Source: Podospora anserina (taxonomy: Eukaryota). From it: a DNA stretch of 64,000 nt. Both the position numbers and the translations under genes were made by a program. Location of the stretch: contig CM030338.1 of the NCBI GenBank assembly GCA_017654855.1, forward strand, positions 1,612,001 to 1,676,000, read 5' to 3'. The notes below the pieces were generated by a model, which had not been told where the DNA came from, ran no database searches, and saw only the letters and a program-made list of their open reading frames with translations. This document shows, one piece after another, positions 24,001 to 34,524 of the stretch (positions are counted from its first letter, which is position 1; the number at the start of each line of letters is the position of its first letter).

Positions 24001-27000
24001 AACTCTTTCGGCGTTCCTTTCGGTGAGAACGTGGTGTAGCAACGATGTGCATTCGCCGTCCACGATGTTCAGCCATACCCAAAGCTCCTCCAGTAATTCA
24101 AGAGATGAGAACCCTAAAACCGCTTCCTCCGAGGATATGTATACGTCGAGCATATTTGGATGCAGATGCAGGGCCACGGCACCAGTTTCGGTCCGGCCCC
24201 TTTGCCCAGTACCTTTTATCTCCCAATCGAACTCAATTTTTCCCAGTAGGGATACATGAATGTGATTGAGCTGCGATACGATAGCTCGCCTCTCCGCGAT
24301 ACTGGTGTTGCTAGAAAGGAGACTGCAGAGGCGAGCTGTCGGTGACTGCTATACTCTCAAGTCTACCTATGATATAGACATGGACGAAGGTCAAGCGGGA
24401 GAATGGTTGGGAGTCGGAGGAAGAAAAGCGGTTCAATAGCATACCGGGCAATGTGGTGTGCTTTGGCACGAAGGCTCATAGTGTGGACAGGGCTATGTCC
24501 AGCGTCGTTTTGGACATGCGACACCTTGACTGCCAGTTTTGACAACATGCGATCCTCCAGTTGAAGGAGCTGGAACAGGTTCGAACAAGCTCGCATTTTT
24601 GATAAGCTCATGGTCAGGAAGGCCACTCTCCCTTCAGAACTTGCAAGCAGATGTGGACGGTCCGCAATATACCAGTCACCCCCGCGAAGGCTGGGTATGG
24701 CAGATCTGAGCTGGTAGAGCTGTCCCCCGGATTCTCCCAACCATGCTGGGAATATATTTAATGCCTTAAGCTGCAACACCCCAGCATCCCGATTCTTCTT
24801 CCACGCTTTTGGTTGGATTAGTGCGCTGGTGGCCTTGAGAACTTGCTGGATATGCTCTAACGAATCTGACGGAACTATACGACGAGCCTCGTTGACGAGG
24901 TCTTTCAGTGTAGTATTCGGAATTTTTAGCGAGTCACGGAAGAATGATTCAAGCTCTGGATAGTGCTGGATGATGCGTGGCGTCCGTTTCAAGCAACCCA
25001 GGCCATCCCACACGCAATCGTCGGTGCTGAGCCAAACACCCACAGAAGCAGACTCCCCTTTCAGGAGAAACAGCAGCTTAAGCTCTGCAAATGCTTTCCT
25101 GTTGCCTCTCATTAACTTCAAATACCACAAAATGAGATAACGTCGCCATACCTCGTATAGCCTTGATTTTCATCTGTCAGACTCGCATGGAGGTGTTGAT
25201 AGAGTCTTAACACTTCATCTCGCGTTGCTTCTGCGTGTTGCAACTGCCGTAACCGTGTGATGTAAGCGTCTGCGTTTACTGAGGTCTGCACCCCCAGGTA
25301 CTTCAAAACATTTCATGCGACATCTTCTGGGTCTGGAATGGCAAGGACGCAGGACCCAGGCTTTTCGGATGATGACAATAATGCATCAAGGCTAGACAGG
25401 ACGGCTTGCCGTGGCAGAAAAGTCCTATCAAGAGAGCGGCGGACGTTGTCATCGATGCAACAGGCACTTAGGGTTGCCAGCTCTGATCTCAAACGCTGCC
25501 TCGAGGTTTTCAGGGTCGCTTTTTCTGATTCGGCGAGGGATATGAATTCTGACTCGGATTCTGCGTCGTCCACTACATAATAGCGGTAGTGTTCCCACCT
25601 TCGACAGAGAAGTTCTAGCCATTTGTTACACTCTGACTGCTCAGCCAGGGATCGAAAGTCGGCAGATAGGACAAAGCCCAGATTGTCAGGGCCGTTCAGG
25701 TCGACGAGACGAGGAAAAACGGCAACGTGTAGATTTAACTGCAACCAATCGATCCAGTTCGGACAGTGGGTAAGTGGTGGCGACGCCTCTTCATGGAGAA
25801 ACGCGAATGAGTGTTCGTGTGAGACCAAGAGTTGGCTAGCAGAAAATGGGTCGTCAGAGCGCACATAAATTCGGGAAGCTCGACAAGGGCGAAGGTTTTC
25901 CACAACAAGCCAGAGGTCGGCCTTCGTCCATCCTGCTGTCCACCCAGCCCGGTAGAGAAACTGAGCGTGGCTTATCAAGGCGCGATGTGAAGTATCTTGA
26001 ACATCGACACTGGGCCGTACCCGATGTGCTGCTAATATCCTTTCGCAGACATCTGCCTGTTGAACCCTCCTTGCACCTAAGCTCTCTGTTAGCCGCCTTC
26101 TGTGAGAGTTCTTCGCAGCCTGAGGGGAAATCTCTGCCAGTCCAAGTCCTTTGGGTACGACCAAGTCGTTGTCATCAAGCGGTATGTCTAACAAATCTTC
26201 GGACTTTGCGGAGACCCATCGACCGTCACGTAACGGGACGATCTCGAGCTTCAATATGTCGCCCATGTAGTCTTCAAGAAGGTCACATAACACTTTACTA
26301 ATCTTCGCGTGCCACGAATCGGGCATTTACCGAAAGTTGTGTGTTTCGTTCGTAATAAACAAACTTAGTTCCTCGATAAACTGCGTTTTTGACAGAACAT
26401 TAACACCAAGCTGCATGATCCGCTCTTGCAGATCTGCATGGTACTTGTTGGAAAAATGGAGAAACGTAGAGTAGTCTTGTGGAATCAATGGCCTGTTGTG
26501 GTCGTCAGTGTAAGGGTCGGAAACCCAGGTGAGCTTTTCTGGGGCCATGAGGTGCCCGGCATCTGACTCTAACATTGGTGTTCGAGACAATAGGGTAATG
26601 ATATCTCCTGGAAGAGGCTCAAAAAAGCTGTCTGTTGTTGGGAAGGGCAGATAATACGGCCAGGTATAGCGAAGATGTCCACTATTCAGGGCGTGAACCG
26701 CCCTGAGGAAAGCTTTGGGAAGCTCATGCAAGAAGACTTGATTGCGGGCCGAAGACATGTCGACATCTTCACGGTTGGCAACGAGATCAAAGTCGGCATG
26801 GCAAACGAACTGCACCCTTGTCAGTTGACCAGAGAGTCTGAGAAGAACAAAATCACTGCTTGACGGACCCTGAACCCATAGTCTCGGATAGGAAGAAAAG
26901 CGAATGTGAAGCACGTAATATTTGAGCTCAGGGATCGGGGCTGCGGAAAGACCAAGACTATGTCTGACTGTTCGTTGGTCCCGTGTGAATCGGTCGATGG

Positions 27001-27808
27001 CAATCGAGATACACCATGCCTGTAAAGCACAAGAGGAGACTGCGCACTGTCTGGGAGTTCAAGGGTCTGTAATTCGCCAGGTTTGCACGTGATGTTCGGC
27101 CGTGTAAGATCGAAAGTAACTTCTTTGCCATGGAGGCCATCGTAGACAATACGGATATGCACTCTTCTTAGTCTCCGAAGAAGGAGTATGCTGCTCGAAT
27201 CCAATCTCTCGAGTTCTTGAAGAATCTCACTGGCATCGCATTCGGGAGAAAGGTGGAGGAGGAGCGATGTCCACCCAGCGATGCGCTCTTCCGGGAACGT
27301 TGACCACACCGGTATCATCATGCCGAGACTCTCCCTAGAATCGAACCTGAAGGAGTAACAGCCAGATGCGATGTACACTGATTCGGCAACCTTGAAAACA
27401 GACTTGAAGCCAATTCCTTTCCGGCCGATGCGAGTGCTCGAGCTTCGTGTTTTTGAGCTGTTGCCCATACTGCAGATGGCTTCTACGTCTTCCATTGTGA
27501 ACCCAGTTTCATTGGAATCAAACCGAAGCACTCGAATTTTGTACGTGATGGTTAGTGTGGGGTCATGGGCGACGTAATTGTTGTCATCAACATTCTGTAT
27601 CAACTCCCACAAGAAATGGGAGGGCCTTCGGTACATGTTTTTTGCAGGCTTGCGACAAATTAGAACGTAGTTGTGACGTGGCGGAGAGGATGCCTTGCAA
27701 GTTCGCGATTCCCTGTTGGTCTTTGGGATATCCGGTAGGATGGCCTACGCCTTTTAAGTCTCTTATTCTCATTATGTGACGCTCAGCGCCGGACGTCGAG
27801 ACTGGCAT
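21077..27808 (-). pseudogene. Disrupted large gene: sacsin/NO VEIN-like HATPase N-terminus + DUF3883-like segment + C-terminal HET domain (HET-6-like)
   Basis: N-terminal PSHFLWELIQNVDDNNY, NETGFTMEDVEAICSMGNSSK, IGRKGIGFKSVFKVA; intron 26810-26868 into FVCHADFDLVANREDV. In-frame stops at 26327-26329 (TAA), 25313-25315 (TGA) and 22876-22878 (TAA); frameshifts near 27640 and 22835. HET motifs IRLLYL, FSALSYIWG, IWADAVCIDQ, WFSRIWIVQEL, GYVGLVP, LVGECHIHGIM. Confidence 0.8.
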
Positions 27809-28001
27809 CTGGCCGGACACCTCTGCAACCGCAGAGTCATGCTGGGCAAGGCCGTCGCGACCCGTTGCCGGGCGAGCCAGTCGTTTCGCCAACCACATTC
27901 AGGCAGGTCGTTAGGTTTGGTGTAGTCCAGTTGAAAGAGTAATGAGTTGGTAGCGGTATCTGGCCACGAGTTTACGAGAATTTCAGTGCTTCTTGGGTAT
28001 C

Positions 28002-28703
28002 TTAGATAAAGTAAGTAGTAGATATACAAGTTAAAAATGCTGAGGTTAGGCAACTGGTAATAGGTTGGGTACCGATATGACCTTGACTTTCCTTCTTGTC
28101 CAATCGCATTTGAGCTGTCCGAAAACATTGCTTATGGCGGGATAAATTTGTCACTGGAATTAAGGTACGAAGTGCAAGTAACAGAGATTTTACCACTTCT
28201 ATTTCCCGATGGCAAGACTGTCGTGGGGCCCTTGGGAAAGGCGTCAAAAAGATAATACCGATATTGTTTTTGGTGCTCACGGGCCTACAGGCCATGGTTG
28301 GAAGACAGTTTGAACATCTGAACGAAGAATTGGACTGACTGCCAAGGCACGGCCAAAGCATGGCAGGTGTATAAGGTGTCAGGCAGGGCCTTGGCAGGCA
28401 GGTGAGGTGATTGTGATTTGTAAGCCGTTGACGCCGTTGAAAGTGAAGCTGATGGTGAGAGTAGGCACGGACCGTAGAGAGAATGGGTATCGTGTTGAGG
28501 ATGTGGGAGAGCAGTCGGGAGCGCAGGTGGGTTGGTTGATGGAAGTCGTGGGCAGTGATGGGACGGGAAGGCCTTGTGCAGGGAGGTTGATGGGTGTAGG
28601 TGCCAGTGCTGATGTCGATGCCGGTGTCAGTGCTAGGGTCGATTCCAGGGCTGGTGAGGGTGCCAGTGAGGACCTGGGTGGTGGATGTGATGATGGATGT
28701 CAT
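28002..28703 (-). CDS. Hypothetical protein with Cys cluster (CLPRPC..C..RCSNC..ACRP); possible intron from 28280
   Basis: Within ORF 28002..28910; ATG at 28703; GTGAG donor immediately after the ACRP codons. Confidence 0.35.
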   Translation of the reverse strand: MTSIITSTTQVLTGTLTSPGIDPSTDTGIDISTGTYTHQPPCTRPSRPITAHDFHQPTHLRSRLLSHILNTIPILSTVRAYSHHQLHFQRRQRLTNHNHLTCLPRPCLTPYTPAMLWPCLGSQSNSSFRCSNCLPTMACRPVSTKNNIGIIFLTPFPRAPRQSCHREIEVVKSLLLALRTLIPVTNLSRHKQCFRTAQMRLDKKESQGHIGTQPITSCLTSAFLTCISTTYFI

Positions 28704-29381
28704 GATGGATATAGGTGGTGTTGAGAAAGGGTTAGGGTTTAGTAGAGAGCGGTGAGGTTGGCAGTATTGGATGTGGGCACCTTGATGGGCAGGCGCGAGG
28801 TGCCCCACAATATCGGAGGTGGTGGTCATCGGTTGCCGGTCATCCATCTCAGTCAACACCGCAGACATAACTGAGATACGTGCCCTGTTGGCCTTCCTGA
28901 GAGAGAACAATTCTGGGGTTAGAAGTAATGAGAAGCGCCGATAAAAGGACGCTCCGAGTCGGGGCCGCTAACCGCCAGCTTAAGCAAAACAGAAAGAACT
29001 CGGGTTTGTAAACAAGACAATGTTCCGAACTCAACTCACTTTGATCATGATTCATAAACGGTGATCCAACATCAAATCGTAATAGTCTCAAGCTTGACTG
29101 CAAGCAGAGTTAACCCATTGTTCAAAGACATCATTTTTTTCCAAATTGCACCATGCATTGTTCTGTTGTACAAGTCTATTATTCGCAGTTCACCATCCTA
29201 AAAATATTCGTCTATTTAAGTACGAGGCTTCTTCCCTCATCACCATCCAAGTTTTTCTCATCATCATCTTTCTCATGCCCACTATTTGAGCTTTCTGACT
29301 GTTCATCCCAGTATCCCGCAAAGCCTGAAATCATCACCAACACCAACACTTACAAACCCATCACCCCAAACAACAGGCACC

Positions 29382-29579
29382 ATGTGTGTTTTCTATGAGT
29401 GGTTCTACTCCTGCGGTTGCAAGGTGCCGGGGTTGCTGCAATGCATGCACCGGTGTCCCGACGAGGAGCCCTGCCAATACCCTAGACCGCCGATCAAGAA
29501 GTATATGGACCATCCTTGCCCGCAGCTTCAGCGGGAGGGTAGACGTCTTCATCATGCAGGTGAGAAAGTACGTAGGTAG
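29382..29579 (+). CDS. Small Cys-rich protein, M-C-x8-CGC family, copy A (65 aa)
   Basis: CACCATG context; MCVFYEWFYSCGCKVPGLLQCMHRCPDEEPCQYPRPPIKKYMDHPCPQL...; four paralogues nearby. Confidence 0.7.
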   Translation: MCVFYEWFYSCGCKVPGLLQCMHRCPDEEPCQYPRPPIKKYMDHPCPQLQREGRRLHHAGEKVRR

Positions 29580-29596
29580 TGAATAGCAGGTGGCCT

Positions 29597-29660
29597 TTTT
29601 CCCTGGTGGAGGACGCGGTAGGATTAAGATGGTGGTCGATTTCTTCCCCTGGTGGGGAGG
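29597..29660 (+). promoter_or_regulatory. Two tandem CUGGU-loop hairpins (SRE-like) in the 3' UTR of copy A
   Basis: TTTTCC-CTGGT-GGAGGA (29597-29613) and TCTTCCC-CTGGT-GGGGAGG (29642-29660). Confidence 0.6.
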
Positions 29661-30169
29661 CTAGGATGGCAAGTGTCATTCTAGATCATATTGTTATAAA
29701 CATATCTTTTTTTTCCATCAAGAACTAATACTATACCATACTTGTGCTAATTGTGATGTGATATCTATCATCGGGCTTCTTGTTTACCAGGCACCTTTTT
29801 CTTTAGGAACTTGGAGAGAGATATACCAACTGTAAAGACCTTGGCAGTACGTCTACAGATATTGTTTAAGGACGCTCCATCGTCTCAGCAATTTCATTGT
29901 TCATAGAACAAATTGAGTAGTACACAGACTAATCACACAGTACAACCACCAAAGCATTGTATCAACTGCATCCTATCATCAACAACTCCATTGCCAACCC
30001 TCACTACCCCCTCCCAACACCATTATTTAAGCGCCACCCTTTCCTCACATTCATCTTAGCTTCTTCTCATCATCATCAGTACATCCATACACTCGAGACG
30101 TTTTGACAAAGTCTCCCCCCTAACCCAAACCAAACTCTCAACAAACCAATCCACTTCACTTACACAACC

Positions 30170-30358
30170 ATGTGTGAATACGAGCAATAGTTCTTCGCCT
30201 GTGGGTGTCCTGCTGGCTCTGTCCAGGTGTCCTACCTCTGCGCTGAGGTCAGAATTGCTGGCTGAGCTTGCCAGAGCCCTCAACCGATTATCAGGCGATA
30301 GCACATGTGTGCTGTTCATACTCCTCCTCCTCCTAAGAAGAGACGGAGTTACAAGTAG
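30170..30358 (+). pseudogene. M-C-x8-CGC family copy B with three in-frame stops (TAG 30188, TGA 30263, TAG 30299)
   Basis: Manual translation MCEYEQ*FFACGCPAGSVQVSYLCAEVRIAG*ACQSPQPIIRR*HMCAVHTPPPPKKRRSYK* aligns with copy A. Absent from the ORF track. Confidence 0.7.
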
Positions 30359-30385
30359 GTGAGTTGTTGAGATAACATGACAGTA

Positions 30386-30401
30386 CTTCCACAGGTGGGA
30401 G
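30386..30401 (+). promoter_or_regulatory. CAGG-loop hairpin (SRE-like) 3' of copy B
   Basis: CTTCCA-CAGG-TGGGAG, 6-bp stem including one G-U. Confidence 0.5.
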
Positions 30402-30888
30402 GGATAAGACGTGTTTTGGTAGAATGCCTACAGGTAAGTAAGTGAATGATGGTGATCAACCAAACCCTTTTTTTTCTTTGGGAATTTTGATACCAAAAAC
30501 GAATGAATTTCTTTTTTCTTGGACTTCTATTATCTTTTATCCTTGCTGTAATTGTGCTTTGTGATTACGATACTATATATTTGACCTCATATATGTCTTT
30601 GTCTCTGTCTGACTGTTGACGGAAGACTTCAAGGACTTGCAAAGACTCCTCTTACCTAACTCAAGACCACTGAGTAAATGTCCTTTTACCAAATGTTACG
30701 AGATTTACACAAAATTTAAGTGTGTATTAAAGCTGGTGCAGTATGGTAGGTACTAAACAATGGGCTTACAAAGTCACAGATCATAAAAGTCACACAGATC
30801 AATCAATATACACAACAAACACATGAACTGGCACACAATATTTCTTTCGAAAGATCTTTTTTTATTTTGATCATCACCCCCACCACAG

Positions 30889-30903
30889 CTCCCACCAGGG
30901 GAG
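30889..30903 (-). promoter_or_regulatory. CUGGU-loop hairpin (SRE-like) 3' of copy C
   Basis: Minus strand CTCCC-CTGGT-GGGAG. Confidence 0.6.
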
Positions 30904-30995
30904 GGAGCTAGGTATTATTAGTATATTATGAACTTACCAGTCATGTCTCAAAGATGACTGACTGCCTTCTGCAAACTTAACAGAACCTCTCATCC

Positions 30996-31145
30996 TCATA
31001 TTTCTCGCAACAAGACAAAATATACTCGCGCATGAAAACCCACTCCACACAGACCCAAAGCCACATGGGCGCATTTCTCGGCGCGGACCACATGGCCGGG
31101 GATGATGCAGCCGCAGCCGTAGCAGTATTGGGTGTGAATGCACAT
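30996..31145 (-). CDS. M-C-x8-CGC family copy C (49 aa; C-terminus possibly frameshifted)
   Basis: Manual translation MCIHTQYCYGCGCIIPGHVVRAEKCAHVALGLCGVGFHARVYFVLLREI*; CAACATG context; TATATAAA near 31300 upstream. Below the ORF-track cutoff. Confidence 0.62.
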   Translation of the reverse strand: MCIHTQYCYGCGCIIPGHVVRAEKCAHVALGLCGVGFHARVYFVLLREI

Positions 31146-31879
31146 GTTGTTGTTGTTGTTGGGTGGTGTGGATGGATGCGAGTAAAGTGTTGTTGTGAGA
31201 GGGGAGAGATGATGTGGTGGTTTGTTACTTACCGGAAGTAGGAAATGGTGATGATGATGATGATGATGGGATGAGAGGATTTGAGGCGGGGAAGAGCGGG
31301 TTTATATATCTATCTGATGGGACAATGGATTGTGGTCGAATGAATAGTAGAGGCTTTGTCTTCCTTCGTGTTCTTTGGGTTCAAGTTCTTAAAATAGTCA
31401 GTGGCACTATTAAGAACAATGCTTTGTCTCTTCATCTTGCCTTCTGAGAAGGTACACAAAATAGGCTTATAGGAGAGGGTAGGTAGGTAAGTAAGCTTTG
31501 TTTTACAGGCATCTCAGCCTTAATAGCTCTCGTAGCAGTTCGCCCACATACTTGCTGCAAACAGATACGTCGCAATAACACACCTAGGTACGTCAGCAGG
31601 CCTTCTTCTAGGATCCAGTCTTTGAAGTTTGAAGACATCGTAAGAGCGCGGGTTGCGACACAGAACAGCATCTCTTCTTCCAGGTGTAGTAGGAAGTTGA
31701 TAAGCAGTCAAAGAAACAACGGCCGTTTCGTACATAGGTAGGTATCACATTCAAAATTCAATGGTCAAGAAGAGAAAATAAATACTCCAGAGGAAAAAAG
31801 TTTTTTTATTATATTAAATACGTCCAAAAATGATCAAATCATCAATCAACCCGACGAAGTCTCCTACCTCATCCCCTCA

Positions 31880-31900
31880 CTCCTCCCACCAGGGGAGAAG
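31880..31900 (-). promoter_or_regulatory. Orphan CUGGU-loop hairpin (SRE-like)
   Basis: Minus strand CTTCTCCC-CTGGT-GGGAGGAG, 8-bp stem; no family ORF found upstream. Confidence 0.5.
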
Positions 31901-32285
31901 TTTTGTGTCGTGAATGATCACGGCGGTGCTGAAATAATAGTATTGTCTGAAGGGCAAAAGCGTTTGTTTTGTTGTAACAGGTGTTGTTCTGGAGTGTTGA
32001 AACCATGTGATTGTCCCCAAAGTAGTGCTACTAACACCTGCCCATCCGGTATCTTTGTCCACTTAGCAATGACCACATTAAGCAGGTTAACAGCTCTGTT
32101 TCCAGTTGCCAAAGCAATGTTTCAGGTGGGTTCTGGCTCATGAACAATCTCATTATCCTCTCCAGTTGAGCCTCACGGCTTTCATCTATTTAAGAACAGC
32201 TATCAAGTGCATTGCCGTCATGGATTCTTGTTTCCCACCAAATTATTCTAGGAAGTTCAACCGCAACACAGAATAGCCAAGCACC

Positions 32286-32480
32286 ATGGGTATCATGGAC
32301 CTAGTTCACTTGGGGTTTAAGCTTCTGGAGATGGGGCTTTTCATCGTATATGCGGTTGTGGCCTCCTGTATTTTGTATATTCTGTGGTTTACTGCCGTGG
32401 CAGTGGTGTTTTGGGTGCTACCGGAGACAATCGTAGTGCGCCGTAGACATATCCCGTTGAGATTTAGTCTCGACTTTTAG
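32286..32480 (+). CDS. Small hydrophobic (putative membrane) protein, 64 aa
   Basis: CACCATGG context, long hydrophobic stretch, upstream TCTATTTAAG at 32185 identical to the one before copy A. Confidence 0.35.
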   Translation: MGIMDLVHLGFKLLEMGLFIVYAVVASCILYILWFTAVAVVFWVLPETIVVRRRHIPLRFSLDF

Positions 32481-33158
32481 TTGGAGTCTGAAGTCAAGTT
32501 TTGTCAAGGATCTGGTTCTATAGACATGACCCAAGCTGAGTGAGAGCCAACAAAATAAAAACCCGAATTTATCAAAACATATCATCTACCTACGTTCCCA
32601 ATGTTACCTTGTGTATATCTACCAACGACTGTATTATCTCCCAGAACACGTACCCAGTGAATGTAATTTTAGAGATTACCTACCAGAGTACTGATGAAGG
32701 CATAACACCAAAGACTGCCGGCCATATAATGAGTATACCTCTGCTCTGGAGTTAAGAAGAGGTATCAGCAAGGAAACTCCGTATAAGTACCAACCAGCTT
32801 TTCAGCATTTCTTCCACGAACAGAAGCATATGCGGCTCCATGACGCCAATTATTGCAAGGGAAAGATCAACGGACTTGAAACAGAGTGAGTGATGTAGAT
32901 ACTTCAGTATTCTTCTCTATAAACGGTCATCATCCGTATTGATAATATCGTTATTCGTACCACAACATTATCCAGATGTCGGTCTACTTAAGCATCCTTG
33001 CCTTTCCGTCATGCCTCATCTCTTCTCTCATGACCATCATCAAACTCTCGAGCCTTTTTGATAGATAGGTATCTACCTACGTAAAGACTCAGACATCAAC
33101 ACTTCACCAACCCAACCAACCAAACCACCACCAACACCAACCACATATCTCATTCAAG

Positions 33159-33497
33159 ATGTTTGAATACTACGCCAACTACGTCTACTGCGGCTGTGAG
33201 GCTATTCCCCGCACAGAGAAAATCTGGACATGCCACTCTGTTACTACCCATCAGGTTCTTGAATGCTCCAACCCTGTTGTCGCGCCGAAAGCACGAGATT
33301 GGCCCTGCCCTATTCACCAGCCCGGTGTTCCCGATCCTCTGGACAAGGACAATGATGGGAAACTGGAGATCAAGCGGGAGAACAGGATCAGAGAGAAATT
33401 CGATTTTCTCACTCAAGATACTCCCAACCTGAATGACTCGGACGAAGAGGCAAGCGTGGAGGAAGGCAAAGAGGCAAGCGTAGAGCAAGGTAAGTAG
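33159..33497 (+). CDS. M-x9-CGC family copy D (112 aa, acidic tail with EASVExGK x2)
   Basis: MFEYYANYVYCGCEAIPRTEKIWTCHSVTTHQVLECSNPVVAPKARDWPCPIH...; same Cys pattern as the paralogues, first Cys replaced by Phe. Confidence 0.7.
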   Translation: MFEYYANYVYCGCEAIPRTEKIWTCHSVTTHQVLECSNPVVAPKARDWPCPIHQPGVPDPLDKDNDGKLEIKRENRIREKFDFLTQDTPNLNDSDEEASVEEGKEASVEQGK

Positions 33498-33506
33498 GGC
33501 CAAGTT

Positions 33507-33560
33507 AGGTAAGTAAGGTAAGTAAGGTAAGTAAGGTAAGTAAGGTAAGTAAGGTAAGTA
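33507..33560 (+). repeat. (AGGTAAGTA)6 tandem repeat directly after the copy D stop codon
   Basis: Six perfect 9-bp units followed by degenerate units, read directly. Confidence 0.92.
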
Positions 33561-34248
33561 AGGTATGTCAAGGCAAAGTAGGTGAGGCAAGTATTAATTA
33601 CTGTGTGATGACAACCAAAACATAAATGCAATAAAAACACTCTTTTTTATTTTTAACAACACTGTTCTTAACTCTGGATGACATATTTCTGACCGTAATC
33701 GTGTGTATTCTTCTCCTCAAGACCGAGGGATTAAAGATAAGGTAACTCGATGCCTCCATGCTGACCTGAGAATTGTAAATGTTTGCTTGAACCTCACCCT
33801 TACCTAAGTTACCTGAATTTACTAGAGACCTGCCGTTAGCCATATTGAACCATCCTGGGAAGTCCAGCTACAGCCTCTTCTCTGCAAAGTTAATTCTGCG
33901 CCTCAAGAGCCTACCTACCAAGCACCGTTTGTGAATGAAGCTATTTCAGGACTCAAGACAAAGCCCAATATACGGGGAAGATAGGAAGAAGAGAACAGAC
34001 AAAGACATCAATCCCTAATGTAATATCCCATCAGACAATCCCATTGTATATTCTCCGCTACACAAATCCCCACAGACTAACAACCAACTCTTCCACCCCA
34101 TCCATCTCACCACAACTTCTCATCATCGTCATTATCACTCACTCACTCAACCCCATCACCAATCTACCAACACCCACCACCTCAAGCAGGTAAGTATTTA
34201 CCCCCCCTTCCCCTCCCCCCCCACTCAACCCACAAACACCAGCACAAA

Positions 34249-34464
34249 ATGTGCATCTACACCTCCAACATCTGGGCCTGCGGCTGCGTGGTCAAGAACA
34301 AACCCGCCGTCCGCACCCATCCCTGCAGCCACGTTCTCCAGGGGGCCGCTTGCCCTACCCCGGCGGCAATCACTGTTCGGGCAGTTTACATTGATGGGAA
34401 GTGCTACCGTCATCATATGGAGCATAGGGGTCGTGAGCATCGTGGGGATGGGAGACATAACTAA
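34249..34464 (+). CDS. M-C-x8-CGC family copy E (71 aa); possible 5'-UTR intron 34190-34242
   Basis: MCIYTSNIWACGCVVKNKPAVRTHPCSHVLQGAACPTPAAITVRAVYIDGKCYRH...; CAAAATG context; GTAAGT..CAG just upstream. Confidence 0.72.
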   Translation: MCIYTSNIWACGCVVKNKPAVRTHPCSHVLQGAACPTPAAITVRAVYIDGKCYRHHMEHRGREHRGDGRHN

Positions 34465-34524
34465 ACTAACTAACTAGGTGGGTTGAGTAAAAAAGTGTTT
34501 GAGAAAAAGCTCTTCCTTTTTTCC

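Noticed and set aside
22876..26329. A-to-I editing rescue of stops in the HATPase-HET fusion
   Set aside because: The stops are TAA/TGA rather than TAG and are accompanied by frameshifts that editing cannot repair.
33507..33560. CRISPR-like array
   Set aside because: No spacers; a simple 9-bp tandem repeat in a eukaryotic genome.
33150..33640. Minus-strand ORFs with LPY/TYL repeats
   Set aside because: Artefacts of translating the 9-bp AGGTAAGTA minisatellite.
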